Positions 13,630 through 26,469 of a stretch of DNA of 64,000 nt are shown piece by piece; position 1 is the stretch's first letter, and the number at the start of each line of letters is the position of its first letter. This DNA comes from Octopus sinensis (lineage: Eukaryota): positions 26,474,001 through 26,538,000 of the forward strand of contig NC_043013.1 in assembly GCF_006345805.1 (NCBI RefSeq). The letters run 5' to 3'. Both the position numbers and the translations under genes were made by a program. The notes beneath the pieces are model-generated. The model searched no databases and was not told where the DNA came from. It saw nothing but the letters and a program-made list of their open reading frames with translations.

Positions 13630-13736
13630 TTTTCTACCATCTTTTTGGATTTCAAAATTTCAAAAACTGCTTTGGCTACTAATGGTCCTTGAAAACTCTG
13701 GCCTTTTAAAATCTCTTCCTCCAGTTCAAGAAGGGT
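13630..13736 (-). CDS. Gpd1: GPD exon 8 TLLELEEEILKGQSFQGPLVAKAVFEILKSKKMVE(K), 107 nt
   Basis: Acceptor TTTTATTTTAAAG, donor GTAAGT. Contains GQxxQGP. Confidence 0.96.
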
Positions 13737-14288
13737 CTTTAAAATAAAATCAGAAAGTTTATACTTTACATGTTGTAAAGCACAGTTGTTACAAATGTGG
13801 TTATGTATTTTCTCTAAGTTGTGTATGGTACTTGTGAATGTATTGTCATGATTATACTGGAAATATAATGGTCGTTCTAGATCATTCCAGGACCCTACTT
13901 ATAATGAAGAAATTAGAAAATGTAGTGTAAATGAATGTGCTCCTAATCTTAACTGAAATTTTATTTGTTCTTTAATTTAGCCACATTTATAAATAGGTAT
14001 TCCAAAACTAGGAAAGGCTTCTTTAGAGTCATCATAACAAACTGCTCATCTGCATAGTGAACTTTCACAATTTGCTCTACTATAACTTGTATCAATGAAG
14101 TCTTCTTTAATCCTTACTCTATATAGTCAGATGTACCTCAAAATTCAATCATTTCCTTGTCCATTGTCTTTCTTTAGTAACTTCTCTTCTTTTGCTTCTA
14201 AACATCTACATCCTATAACCTTATCTGGTTCTCCAGCCTAGTGGAGCCCATAAAACCAAAATTACTGCTTTTCTCCTTTAGTTTAGAC

Positions 14289-14633
14289 CAATGGTTCTCA
14301 GCCGGGGTCCATATGGCTCCTGAGGGTCCATAAAAGATTTTAGGGGGTCCACACAGCAAAATAGTAAATTGGGGATCCACAATAGTATTTTAAGAGAACT
14401 TGAAAAAATTTTGCTTTAGTTGTATGTATTGGTGTGTATTACAAGAAACAGCTTAGTTTCTTTAATGCTTTACATAGCTCAACCTACACAAGTTAATATG
14501 TGAAAAACAAAATAGGAAGTTTGAAAGAAGTTTCTATAAAACTAGTGTTTAAACACCAAATAGCTTTAGGGATCCACCAGAATAAAATAGTAATCAAAGG
14601 GGTCCATGCGTGAAAAATGTTTGAGAACCCCTG
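14289..14633. mobile_element. hAT (Charlie-like) MITE
   Basis: TIRs CAATGGTTCTCA / TGAGAACCCCTG. 8-bp TSD GTTTAGAC / CTCTAGAC fits the NTCTAGAN Charlie target. Confidence 0.8.
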
Positions 14634-15327
14634 CTCTAGACCAAGAAATAAAAGAAAGTAACTTATCTGCATAAGTTTGTGTATTTAAGCCGTGGCCTAG
14701 TTCACAGTTAATTAAAATTATGTGTTATGAAATTAAAATTAATGTTCTTTGAAAACTATTTAAAAAAAAAAAAAAGAAAACAGATGCTCTTTTCTAGTGT
14801 GAAGATTGGCTGAATTGGTCTCTCATTCACTCTATAAGTAGCAGCAGTTTCCAGCCAAATAACCATATGTGTGTGTGAGACCCACAAAAACTGGTGGCAA
14901 AGTACCATGGTAAGATGAAATAAATAGGATTCTAAGATACCCTGATGTAATAAGCAAGAAAGAAATATGGCCAGGAATACCTCATTTGCACTTGAATGTG
15001 TAATTTGTAGTGGAAACATTAAAATGTAACCACGTAAAGGATCATCACACAAAGCAAATCAATATTAGACTAAGTTTCTTACGATACTTAGTTATGTCCC
15101 TTCATGTTCTACATTCGAATGCAAAGAGAGACTGAGGAATTTCATATTTCATTCCCATAGATCAATAAAATAAGTACACAGAAAAGTACTGCTACTGAAG
15201 ATAAAATCCCCTACACTCTCTCCTTCCAGATCAGAATTCCTTTTGTTCCTCATCAGTAAGAAGTGAGTGTGTTTTGTCTATTTACTTTTTAAAACACTTT
15301 ATAAGACTGTGGTTATTTTCCTTCCAC

Positions 15328-15542
15328 AAGGAGGTGCTGAAAAGTTCCTAGTTTTAAGAGTGTTGTGAAAGACCTAGTTGGATGCCCAACCATCTGAGTT
15401 CTTTTACAGGGCTAAGGAAAACTGAAGGACTGCTGCAATAAGTGCATGAATTTGAGAGGGGAATATGTTGAATAAAATCCTAATTAACTGATCCTCTTGT
15501 ATTTTCTGTTATCCAAAGTCAGGAACTTTCCAGCTCCCCTCA
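15328..15542. mobile_element. mariner-derived MITE
   Basis: TIRs GAGGTGCTGAAAAGTTCCT / AGGAACTTTCCAGCTCCCCTC. Second copy at 33923-34137. Confidence 0.8.
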
Positions 15543-16397
15543 TATGTACCCAATCACACAATGACATGACTGTCAATTTCAATGTTGGTGGTAACAAAAC
15601 TCCAGAACAGAAACCATGTGAGAACAATAACAGTATGGTCTTGGAAACAAGTATGAAGAAGATCACCAACAGATCTGTCCTCTTGATTCAAGAGATTGTT
15701 ATTCCTAGTCAGACTTTGTTTTTTTGTGTCTCAAGAAATATTGAAATCAGTCTCTTAAGATAGGTGTCAACATTGAGACATCTTCTTTCTTTTATAAATA
15801 GCCTTACTGTTTAGTAGTAGGCAATCATTTACAGATTATTTCCCAATAACATAGGATTAACTGAAAATATTGTTTACAGCAGAGCATTTTATAAACAAAA
15901 GTTTTCATTGTGTTTTGTTTCTTTTTATTTTGCTTGTCTAAAATAAAGTTTCAGATACTACACAGACCTTCTTGGAATATAAACAAACTTGTATTTCAGG
16001 ATAGATTGATTTCTAAAACTTAGAAAAGAGACTTGCATATTTTATAGTCACTAATATACCTTTAAAGCCAGACAACAGAACTTACAAGGAAGGCACATCA
16101 AGTAATCACGAGTTTTCAAAGGCATTGGTCAATGAATACAAGAGAAACAACTTATAATGATAATATTCTGTAAAAAAATAAACTTTTATCCTTATTGCCA
16201 TGACATTACCATTGTAGTGATGCCTTAGTGAATATAACTAACATATATGTTTAAATATTCAATATTTCAAGGTTTCATTAGGTAAATAAAATATGGGGAT
16301 CTTCAAATTTAAATGTATTTCATGCAAATGAAGTGTCTGGTTATATGTTTAGGATTCAACTTTGAATAAATATTCAAATATTTAAAAGAATTATTAA

Positions 16398-16610
16398 CCC
16401 TTTAGCATTCAATTTATTCTATCCAATTTAATGCTTATTTATTCAATTGTTTTGAATCACTCATGCATCATCTCATAGCTGTAAGATTTCGAAGATGCGA
16501 CTGCTAATTAAAAAATTTTTTTTTAGACATTGCAGGGTAGGTATTGGAGACCAGATCTGGCTGGTTTGAACATAAAACAGAATATTTTGGCTAATTTAAA
16601 TGATAAAGGA
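16398..16610. mobile_element. piggyBac-like MITE, decayed
   Basis: TTAA followed by CCCTTTAGCATT on the left; degenerate AATGATAAAGGA on the right. Confidence 0.5.
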
Positions 16611-16757
16611 CTAAATATACTTAATGTAAAAGTCGATATAATCTATGAGACATACAAATAATTAGTTTGTTCTTTGCTAATCAATTAATCAATATAAAAA
16701 CAGTGGAAATATTAGAAGAAACATTCAATAAAGATAATTATAGATGAAATAGTATAC

Positions 16758-16867
16758 CTTATTAGAGTACACAAGAGCTTCTCCTAATTTCCTATTTCGT
16801 CCTCCTTGACAGGTAGTTACTAGATCAGCGAGGCCACAACTTTCAAAATATGTTCTCAAATTTGACT
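16758..16867 (-). CDS. Gpd1: GPD exon 7 (E)[36 protein letters not shown], 110 nt
   Basis: Acceptor TTTCTCTTCTTAG, donor GTATAC. Conserved ESCGxADLxTTCxGGRNR motif. Confidence 0.96.
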
Positions 16868-17294
16868 CTAAGAAGAGAAACAATTTATTTCAATAATTGT
16901 TTAAATCATTGCCAAAATCAAATAATGTTAATTAGCAATAATGATTTATAGATAAGCTTTAAAGTTAAAAAAACAGTTTAGTTGGCAAGTCTTTGTAAAT
17001 TATACATTTGACAAGTTGTTTTAGTAAGACTATGTTCTTAAACTGTTATCCAATCTTTATTATGGAAATCATCAAACAATAAGGATATTTAAAAGAGAAA
17101 TTGAGATACATCAAATTTTAAATCTAAGACCATTAGAAAATAGTCTTGTGTTAACTCATGAGCTCAATATATCAAATAGGGTCTGGTTTTGAATAGAGTA
17201 TGTTAAAGACTCTTTTATTTGGTTGACACCAAATAAATAAAAGTTGCCCTTTAGAAGATTTAGACAAATAACTGCAGTGAATTTTCAGCATTCA

Positions 17295-17500
17295 TCATCA
17301 CCATTTAGTGTCCATTTTCCATACTGGCATGGGTTAGACAGTTTGACTGGAACTGGTAAGCTGAAGAGTTGCACCAGGTTCCATAGTCTGTTTTTGGTTT
17401 AGTTTTTATGACCGGATGCCTTTCCTAATGCCAACCTCTCCACAGAATGTGCTGGATGCTGTTCACATATCATCAGTGTGGATAGCTTTTATGTGTCACC
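17295..17500 (-). mobile_element. RTE-clade LINE 3' UTR fragment
   Basis: CATCATCA...GGCATGGGTTAGACAGTTTGACTGG...GGATGCCTTTCCTAATGCCAAC family signature. Confidence 0.75.
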
Positions 17501-17854
17501 ACACTTTATAAATGTAGACTAACAACTATAATGGTACTGAACAAATTCTTGAATTAGGTAATTTGTATAACAACAATTAATTGATGGATATTTAAAGACA
17601 AAAGACACAAAAGCACTTGTAGCACCAAAACTACAGAATGGCAGATTTGTATATTAATTTCATGTCAAGGAACAATTCAAATATTAAGATAGCAAATCTA
17701 CAAACAAATGTACTTATTTTCATTTTTTGACAGCAGATCACATAGAAAAAGAAAACAAGGATTAATTTAATAATTGTTATTTCAGAAGATTTGTAAATGA
17801 TACAATATCAACAATAGAGTCTATATTTATTGGGCAATTTGAATACTACATTAG

Positions 17855-18048
17855 CATCCCAAGCAAAACACTTAGTAGTGCTTCATCTGTCTTTACAGTT
17901 TGAGTTCAAATCCAACTGAGGTTGACTTTACCTTTCATCCTTTTGGGGTTGATATAATAAGTACCATCCGAGCATTGGGGTCCCTGTAATCAATGTACCC
18001 ATTTCTCAAAAATTGCTGGCCTTGTCCCAAAATCTGAAATCAATATTA
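17855..18048 (+). mobile_element. SINE family A, about 60 nt from GPD exon 6
   Basis: GAGTTCAAATCC B-box; tail GAAATCAATATTATT. Confidence 0.8.
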
Positions 18049-18105
18049 TTCATTTTCTTTTCCAGAAATACCATTTAACTATAATAAAAACAAAATAATT
18101 CCCAC

Positions 18106-18226
18106 CTTTAAAAAAGAAATTGATGAATTCTATTATTTCCAACATGCCGAGTCTGACAATTGCGGCCTTGGTATTATCCCCCATTTTATGGCCATCACCA
18201 ATGCCTGCACCAACAGCAACTACATT
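18106..18226 (-). CDS. Gpd1: GPD exon 6 NVVAVGAGIGDGHKMGDNTKAAIVRLGMLEIIEFINFFFK, 121 nt
   Basis: Acceptor TTTCACTGTAG, donor GTGGGA (weak). Conserved NVVAVGAG and GDNTKAA motifs. Confidence 0.94.
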
Positions 18227-18606
18227 CTACAGTGAAAGTAACAGCATACATGATATTAGAATGTATATGACATTAGAATATATAAATGCATGCAAACACA
18301 CAAGCACACAGAAACCAAAATTTTAAAATTATTGACAAATATATAACCAAGGCTGACCTATTATGAACATATTCTGATCTATATATTCAATAATTCCATA
18401 AAAACATATACAAACATCCCTATATAAACAAAAATGCTATCTTATTTCTAGAAATGCAATTATATTATAAATTAGAAGAATTAAATGTGGAACTTAATGT
18501 TGAATATTATAGCAACTGATGAATTGGAATGCCATTTAATCTGTCAATATTAATCAAATCAGGTAAGTCAACTAATTAAAATACATTGAAGCAATTGTCA
18601 GTTTAC

Positions 18607-18719
18607 CTTTAATGCCCCACAAGCTTCAACTGTTGCAGCATCTTCAACAACTGAGCATCGGAAATAAGTTGTATCAAATAAATTTTTCATTAAAAGCCCT
18701 ACTTCTTTTTTTTTGCAAC
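18607..18719 (-). CDS. Gpd1: GPD exon 5 (G)[37 protein letters not shown], 113 nt
   Basis: Acceptor TTTTCCAG, donor GTAAAC. Ends on the catalytic lysine (GALK). Confidence 0.96.
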
Positions 18720-19689
18720 CTGGAAAATATCAACAAATTTTTTAATTATTTTTTACTTCTTGGATTCACTTAAATCTATTTGAGAATGGTTTTTTTTTTT
18801 TGTTTTCTTTTCTTTCGGTCTCCCCCAGCCCCCACCCCTGGCTTTTATTTCTTTGAAGACGAGCTTAGAGTTTTAAGGAAATGTTTAAGTAAGTTAATTG
18901 AGTAATTGTGCTTACTTATTCTGTAGGCAGAAATATATGATTAAAGACTTGTAGCTCTAGTTCACAAATGACAGCAAGCTGCCAAATGTACTGGCTAAAC
19001 CCAAAATCATAAGAGTGAAAATGTACGACCTTTCACACCATTCAAAGTGGGACAAGGGAAAATCAATATCTTTTGCTTTAGTTTCATCCATTTAAAACAG
19101 TTACGAGACAAAGAAAAGCTTACATAAAACAGTGCCTCAATTATGAGTTCACAACCCAATTTTACAAATAACATTTCTTATACAAGCACAAAGCCTCAAA
19201 TTTAAAAGGTAGGAGATGAAATTATTGTTACATTCATGATTTTCTCAAAATATTAGTGATGTTAGTAATGTAAGATGGGCTCAGCCAGAAACTGAAACAG
19301 GGTTCTAGATTTAGTGCATTGGGTGCATACCTCTTATTTTGGTGTAGTCGACAAAGAATAAAGATCAGAATTAATAAAAATGAATAAAATAGAAGGTATA
19401 AAAATGTGTAGATCAATATAGAAAGCTCAATATAAAGATATTAGAATAAAATATACATTATTACCCTCTCTCTCTCTCTCTTTCTTTCTCTCTCTCTCTT
19501 TCTTTCTACATACATACATATTAGTTACTTAGTATGTGTGATTGTGTATGTAGTTATGCATATGTATATAGTTATGTATATATTTAGCTTTATGTATAAT
19601 TATTTGTTCTATTATTGGAAAAATTACATTACAAGAATAGTCCATGTTCTCAATGAAGATGATCCAGACAGAAGAGTGGTACTAAAGCA

Positions 19690-19990
19690 TATGGCTCACT
19701 GGTAAGAGCATCAGGTTCACAATCATGAGGTAGAGAGTTTGATTTTCAGACTGGGCTCTGTGTTGTGTTTTTGAGCAAGACACTTGATTTCATGTTGTGA
19801 CGACACTGGTGCCAAGCTATATCAGCCTTTGCCTTTCCCTTGGATAACATCAGTGGTGTGGAGAGGGGAGGCTGGTATGTATGAACAACTGCTAGTCTTC
19901 CATCAATGACCTTGCCTAAACTCATGCCTCAGATGGGAACTTTCTAGTGCATCCCATGGCCATTCATAACTGAAGAGAGTCTTTATCTTT
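19690..19990 (+). mobile_element. tRNA-derived SINE (family C-related head)
   Basis: A-box-like TGGCTCACTGG, B-box-like GAGTTTGATTTTC, then TGTGTTGTGTTTTTGAGCAAGACACTT shared with 6780-6810. Confidence 0.65.
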
Positions 19991-20039
19991 ACCATTTTTA
20001 CTTGGCAAGATGTGTAGAAGAAGCACACTTTCCAAACAA

Positions 20040-20545
20040 AGGCCATTGGAGTAATGAGGCTACATTTAAATCAAATAGCTTAATTAACCACCCCATCTAC
20101 ACCTAATAGGAATCAGAGAATCCACATATTATAGAAGAACATCATATTGATTTACCAAGAATTAAGTACGGTGTAGCTTATCATTAGAGGATTAATTGAA
20201 CCATTCTTTTTGTATGATACTCTGACTGCCCCTGCTTACTTGAACTTGCTGTAACAATCTGTTATGCCAAGAATTCAAGAGAATCTGGAGTTTTATTTGC
20301 AGCAAGATGAGCAGCCCAATATTACCACAGTAATGTAAGGGCCTATCTTGATTAGACTGGACAAAGAAGTTCAGTGGAATATCTTCCACCATTCACTGAA
20401 CCACACACAACTGGACATTTTATTTGTGGGGATACTTAAAAGATAAAGTCTATAGTACAAAAATCAGCAACAGTTGATGAAATGAGAGCAGGCATTAATC
20501 AAGAATCCAGACAAATACAGAATGAAATGTTCTTAATTACCAGTG
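20040..20545 (+). mobile_element. Tc1/mariner (rosa/Visitor-like) transposase remnant, 5' part
   Basis: [19 protein letters not shown], and a decayed PPxSPDxT..F.LWGYLKDKVY..ATVDEMRAGINQE. The element resumes after the CR1 insertion. Confidence 0.75.
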
Positions 20546-22007
20546 TCATTCCTCTGATTAAAAAGTGTGACTGCATGTTACCTGTCAACTATCACCCAGT
20601 CAGTCCTACTAGCTACATGGAACCCTGTGTCAGAGGAACACTCAGTAACTTTTGGAATTCTCACAGCCTTATCTGGCCCTCACAATTTGTATTCATCCCT
20701 AACTCCAGCTGCTGTGATCAACTTATCAAGCTTCTTGAAGACATCACCCAGGTCACTGATGGCAGCTCATGGGTGAATGTTGTTTACCTTGGCTTTGCTA
20801 AAGCTTTTAATTCTGTGCCACACAAAAGACTTATAGCAAAATTCTCTGTAATGAGTGTGAAGGATGATCTTTTTAACTGGTTGGATTCCTTCATTCTCAG
20901 CCAAAAAAAGATAGTCATGGTTCTAGGACAGCATTTTTTACTCTATGAGATGTTATCTGGTGTACCACAGGGATTTCTTCTTGGTCCCCTTTTGTTTGTT
21001 GCATACATTAATGACATAGATGCCAACTTAAAGAATGCCACAGAGCTGAAATATGCAGATGATATCAAGCTGTACCTTGAGATAAAAAGGACAGATCCTG
21101 AACACTATAGATCTTTCCTGCAATCAGTTCTAGACACAATGCAGCAATGGATCACAGACTGGCAACTCAAGCTGGCTGTGGACAAGTGTACCACCATGCA
21201 TTTTAGGAGGAAAAACTCAGCAACCACATACTCCCTCCACAACAATAAAATCAAGATATCTTCTTGTGAAAGTGACCTGGGCATTACTGTCAATAGCAAT
21301 TTGCGCTGGACAAAGCACATCTCTAAAATTGACAAGAAGGCTGAGAGTGTCTTAGCATCACTCAGTAAGAACTTTGTTAGCTGCTCTCCAGCTATCTATT
21401 TAAGGTTGTATATGGCTATTGTATGGCCACACTTGAAATTTGCATCACTAGTCTGGAACCCCTATCTTACTCAGGACATTGACCTCCTGGAAACTGTTCA
21501 GGGACATGCAACCAAGCAATTACCCTCCATCAGGCATCTACCATACTCTGAACACCTTGCTTCCCTGGGCATAGATACACTGAAGCTCCAACATCTAGCA
21601 AGTGATTTGGTAAACACCCACAAAATTATTAACCATAGTGCCAACAACCACCTTGAGCACCTTTTTGAACTCCATGTGTGTAACAGATGTGGGCATTCCT
21701 ACAAAGTTAGAAAACAGCACAGCTCCCATGACTTTCAGAAACATTTTTTCACACTCAGTGTTGCTGAAGCATGGAACAAACTACTTGCATCAGTTGTTAG
21801 ATGCTGAGACATTGCATCCTTTAAAACATCCATACTTCTTGAAATTCGCCAACACTATACCTAAAATCCCCCTCCATCCATACGTATGCACACACGTATA
21901 TCATGACTCATACACTGTTCACATTCCTGACTTTTGAACATAATTCTATGTATTTTGATAAGCTGTAGTGCACCTAAGCACTATACACAATAATTTCATT
22001 GTTGTTG

Positions 22008-22042
<35 letters not shown>

Positions 22043-22060
22043 GTTATTATCATTATCATT
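20546..22060 (+). mobile_element. CR1-clade LINE, 5'-truncated, with an open reverse transcriptase C-terminal half and (ATT)n tail
   Basis: ORF 20482-21807 contains NYHPVSPTS, FAKAFNSVPH, SGVPQG.LLGPLLF..YIND, YADDIKL and HFFT..VAEAWNKL. Confidence 0.93.
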
Positions 22061-22230
22061 AATGGTTGTGATTCTATTGCTTCACATCATCAGCGGTGCA
22101 TGGACCAGAATGGTCATCTGTTTGAAAGTAGAGGCTCATAAAAAAATTAAATTCTGTCTGTAGATTCTATTAAATTTTGAAAATGGAATGTATTCTAATA
22201 AACATTAGCTTTTATACAGTGTGTGTATAG
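22061..22230 (+). mobile_element. Tc1/mariner remnant, 3' part (continuation of 20040-20545)
   Basis: CDSIASHHQRCMDQNGHLFE is the transposase C-terminus (RC...NG..FE). Confidence 0.65.
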
Positions 22231-22277
22231 ATGTCTTTGGGACACACATCCTGAATGAGTATGTGTGTGTGTGTGTA

Positions 22278-22470
22278 TCATCCTCATCATTATTTAACAT
22301 CTGTTTTCCATGAGGAGTTGGATGGTTTGACAGGAGCTAGCCAGCTGGAGAGCTACACCAGGCTCTAATTGTGTGTTTTGACATGGTTTCTATGGTTGGA
22401 TGCCTGTCCTAAGGCTAACCACTTCACAAAGTGGACTAGATGCTTTTTACGTAGCACCAGCATTTTACAT
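22278..22470 (-). mobile_element. RTE-clade LINE 3' UTR fragment
   Basis: Same family signature as 7420-7760. Confidence 0.7.
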
Positions 22471-22618
22471 GTATGTATAGATATACATACTGGTGCTGCT
22501 GCTGCTGCTCCTACAAATACAGTGGCAAGGACAAGGCTTTATCTAGTTTCTCTATTGTCAATATTCACAATCAAAATTAGGTCAAATGTAAAATAATACA
22601 CAGAAAGAAAGAAACAGA

Positions 22619-23803
22619 CAGTTTTGCTAATCTGCTATCAGCTAATTTGTGAAGCTAACTTTTCGTTTAGTGGATTAGCATTTTTACTAACTTTGGAAAC
22701 TGTTAACAGATCAATTAGCTTCCGTTAAATTTAGTTCTGCTAACTTTAAGTATGCTAATAAAGTTCATATGTTTGTTCTTGTCTGTTGTGAGCATGTCTT
22801 GAAGAGTCCATCAGGCATGCTATTGGCTGATGACATGTACATGTGACAAGACATGATTGGTCGATGCAGTAGCAGCTAGCTAAGCAGCATTGTGTAATTT
22901 TGCAGTTTTGGGTTATGTTCACTTAGGACGTCAACACATTACAGACAGTCCTACAGTGTCAGCAACAGCAATGTATGTTATCAGCTTATTAAGTTATTGC
23001 TTATCGTTATGGAAGGTAAAGACATTTTTGTTCAGCCTGAGGATGAAGGGCCTGTTGAGGAGTCTGCAATGGCTGTGAGTGAGGCAAAGGTCGCTCAGGT
23101 TGAAAGCCAAAGTCTCAGAACCCATGTCCCCATATGGAGGACTACTTTGTCTTTACATCAAGGGATAAGAGGAACGCCAAAATCCTATACTTCCGGTGTG
23201 TCATGTGCCAGCCTAAGGGGACCACCGGCAAGCGGCAAGCTTCTACAACTTGAAGTTGTATGTCAAGAGGAAACACCCAGCACATGCCATTCAGTTTGAG
23301 GAAAAGATCAAAGCCGGCTCTTCCCGTGGGAAACATAGACAATCTTCCGGTAGCAGAGCCAGTAGCCAGTTGTCCCAGCCATGTGCAAAGAAAGTGCACC
23401 AGCCCAGCATTGGCAAGGCATTTGCCCAAACTTCTGGCACTGGCATCAGTCAGTTTATGGTGGATAGAAAGATTGTAGAGCTGTTTGTCAACAACATGCT
23501 ACCACGGCATGTGGTGGACTCCACCTTGGTCACCCTGATCAAGAGGCTGAACCCCAGCAAGACATAGATGTCCCGTCGCACCCTAGGCAGGATAATCTTG
23601 GCCAGCCATGAACAGCTGGAGGAGTACCTTACAAGGTATTTATAAATAAAAATTAAACAAGATTAAATTATTATTATGGTGTATTTCATATTTCCTTAAT
23701 TTAACTTCATTATTTAATCATTTATTAAATGATTATTTTCTTAATTAATGTAATAAAATGTACAATAGCTAATTGAAATAAATGCCATAATATATAATAT
23801 ACA

Positions 23804-23843
<40 letters not shown>

Positions 23844-25355
23844 CACTCATGATTAAGTCTTCACAGCCAAAACAGCAGTCTTTAATGAAATAACAAATGA
23901 ATGAACCTTAAGTTCTGAAATTATCAAATTCCGACCATCATTCCATCCCTCATCTTGGTAATTCCTCACCCCCAATGTGTTACCTATCAAGGTAGTGTCA
24001 CTATTTTCAAAAGTTTAAGAACAAGGCTTTAAATTATAAGCAATATTTCCATGAATTTAGAACAACCTAGTAACAAAAACTACAATCTGTGTGATTTCTA
24101 TAAACAAAATATGATTATAAGATACTACAATCAAATGTCCTGCCCACTTCCAACCCACAAAAAATTGTACAGACCACATGCTCACAAAAACCATTGCAGC
24201 TTACATGGAGATGCGGATGAGAGGCTAGTTTACTTTTTTTCTTTTTTTAGTAGGCCTTGATTATACTCTTCGTCAGTTTATATAAAGTGACAGTGAATTA
24301 TTTCCTTGTTGGTTTTAAATTGCTGTTAGCCACCTTGATTATTTTATAATTTTCACACTGCCATTTTGTGTAATCAGTCACTGATTCCAATGGCATTCTC
24401 CATAATATTGACAGAGTAAGTTGGCCTCTACTGGCTGTGGTGAAGTGAGCATTACTGATGAGTGGAGTGCCAGCTGGCCACTGCCTTCCACCCCAAGTTT
24501 CGCCTGTTCTAACTGGAGCACTATAATAACAGCCAGGTTAGCAGAGTAATGAACACCATGGAGACCATCATAGAAGCAGCCCAAACGGAGACCAATGAGG
24601 AGAGCGGCAGCACCACCAGTAATGAGGATGAGGAAGATGATTTCTTTAGTAACATCACTTGATTCCAGGAGAACAGGAGCTACAGGTGCAGAACTTGATG
24701 AAGATCTGGCTGGCGGCCGTCTCAAATGAGGTCCTCACTGAAGTATCATTTTTGGGTGAGCAGGTCATGATCAACGTATTCACCAAGTATAACACCACTA
24801 TACCATCCAGTGCTGCAGTTGAAGCAAAGATATTTTAAGGGTCAAGAGAGTCACCCTGCCAGATGGTAACTTTGAGAGACTGATGTCTATGAAGGGCAAC
24901 CAGCATCACATCAAAGCAATGGAGAAGGCCATCAACTGATCTTGACATGATACCTATGCTATACTATACCTTTTTGATTCATCTAATACTTTTTGTACAG
25001 TAAATAAAGTGTATGTTGACTGAAAAACTAATGTTTAATTTCATTTGTTCATTTAATTGTTTGCATACACCTTAATCATCATCTGATCTTGGCATGTTGT
25101 ACCTTTTTGGAAAACTCTATGTCTAAGCTATGACATGAAAATTTTAGCTCTCTAGATCTGTTTTTAGGGGTTTTAGACCCCCAAAACCAAGCCAAAACTA
25201 AATTCATATGATAAAAGTTAGCAGTTATCATTTAGTGTTAGCTTCCACTAATTTTTTTACTTGTTTAACGGTTTAGCATTTGCAAAGCTAACTTTCTTAT
25301 TTAGTGGATTAGCAGTTAGCGAAGCTAACTTTTTGGTTAGCTGTACCCAGCCCTG
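22619..25355 (+). mobile_element. hAT DNA transposon, internally deleted (BED zinc finger and C-terminal dimerisation domain retained)
   Basis: 8-bp TSD GAAACAGA (22611-18) / GAAACTGA (25356-63). Right end TACCCAGCCCTG. GCTAA-rich subterminal repeats. BED finger FRCVMC...KLYVKRKH near 23190-23280. KYNTTIPSSAAVE..KDIL..KR..L.DGNFE near 24785-24900. Confidence 0.88.
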
Positions 25356-26469
25356 GAAACTGATATATTACACACACACACACACACACTTTTTAGTCAG
25401 TGGGTTTTTGTGACCTTTCAGTTAATTGAAGCTAAAATAAGACAGTTTTACAAGGTGGAAGACATTAAAATAACAACAAACATACAAACATTGTTTATCT
25501 TTGTGCTTGACCTTTAATCCTTGGATCGAATGGAATGAAAGCAGGAAGTTTAGCAGTGAAATATTACTTATTTAAAATGGTAGTATTATCCATTTAGGGG
25601 AACAAAAATATAAATGAATAAATATAATTTACAAGAGACACAATTACAAAACATAAGTTAGAACTAAGCAGGAAAAGAGGAAAAGAAAATGGGAACAAGG
25701 AGCAGAAATGAGTATTAAAAACTTAAGGATAAAATTAGATAAATAAATTTTAGTAAGGTATAATACTTTGTTTTAGATATCATATTGTCATACCCTTTTC
25801 CTGTATCAGCAACAATGGATGTGATAACCTGGTAAATTTTAACAATAACAAGATATTACTTATTATCAAGAAAAAAAAAGGACTATAACACTGTGTCACT
25901 TCTTATGAATAGCTCCATATTAAGTAATTTGCTTATTGCTTATTCTTACAACTGCATCAAAATGATGCTGAATAATAACATTTATTTAAGTTAAAAATTG
26001 CCTTCTTATACTAACAGTGTATACCAAATATGTATCTTGTATTTTAAATCAGGAAAGCTTTTCTTTATTCAAATGTCAGTCAGCAAAATATGATACCAAT
26101 GGATAAAATACTTTCTCAGACATAAAAATGAGAATTGTTCACATTTGTAAAAGGATCTTTTAAACTATAACCTCTTTTTATGTAGTGAGCTCTGTTAACC
26201 TCTACTATTACTGCACTGGTCTCAAGTTTGCTTCACTTCTCTTCAATGCAGCTCTCTACACAAGTGAATGATGGACACTCTATACAGTTGATCAATCTGC
26301 TACAATTAGTAGCAGTCAAAACTCCCTCAACTGATCCTAAAAATGGAAGGACATAGGATGATGTAGTCCTAGATATTGTTGTTGGTATTATTATATATTG
26401 TCCTGTCATCCTTCGCCCTACTGCCAAAAGAAATCATTGTTGTTGTTGTTGTTGCTGTTGTTGTTATTA

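Noticed and set aside
15497-15763. 88-aa plus-strand ORF
   Set aside because: It starts inside a mariner MITE TIR and has no domain or splice evidence.
18706-18714. A9 homopolymer in exon 5 as a possible assembly frameshift
   Set aside because: Nine A's give KKK and keep the 113-nt exon length and the downstream frame.
26233-26427. 64-aa Cys-containing ORF in intron 4
   Set aside because: It overlaps a decayed SINE-like repeat also seen near 10740-10940 and 37200-37310, and has no recognisable domain or splice support.
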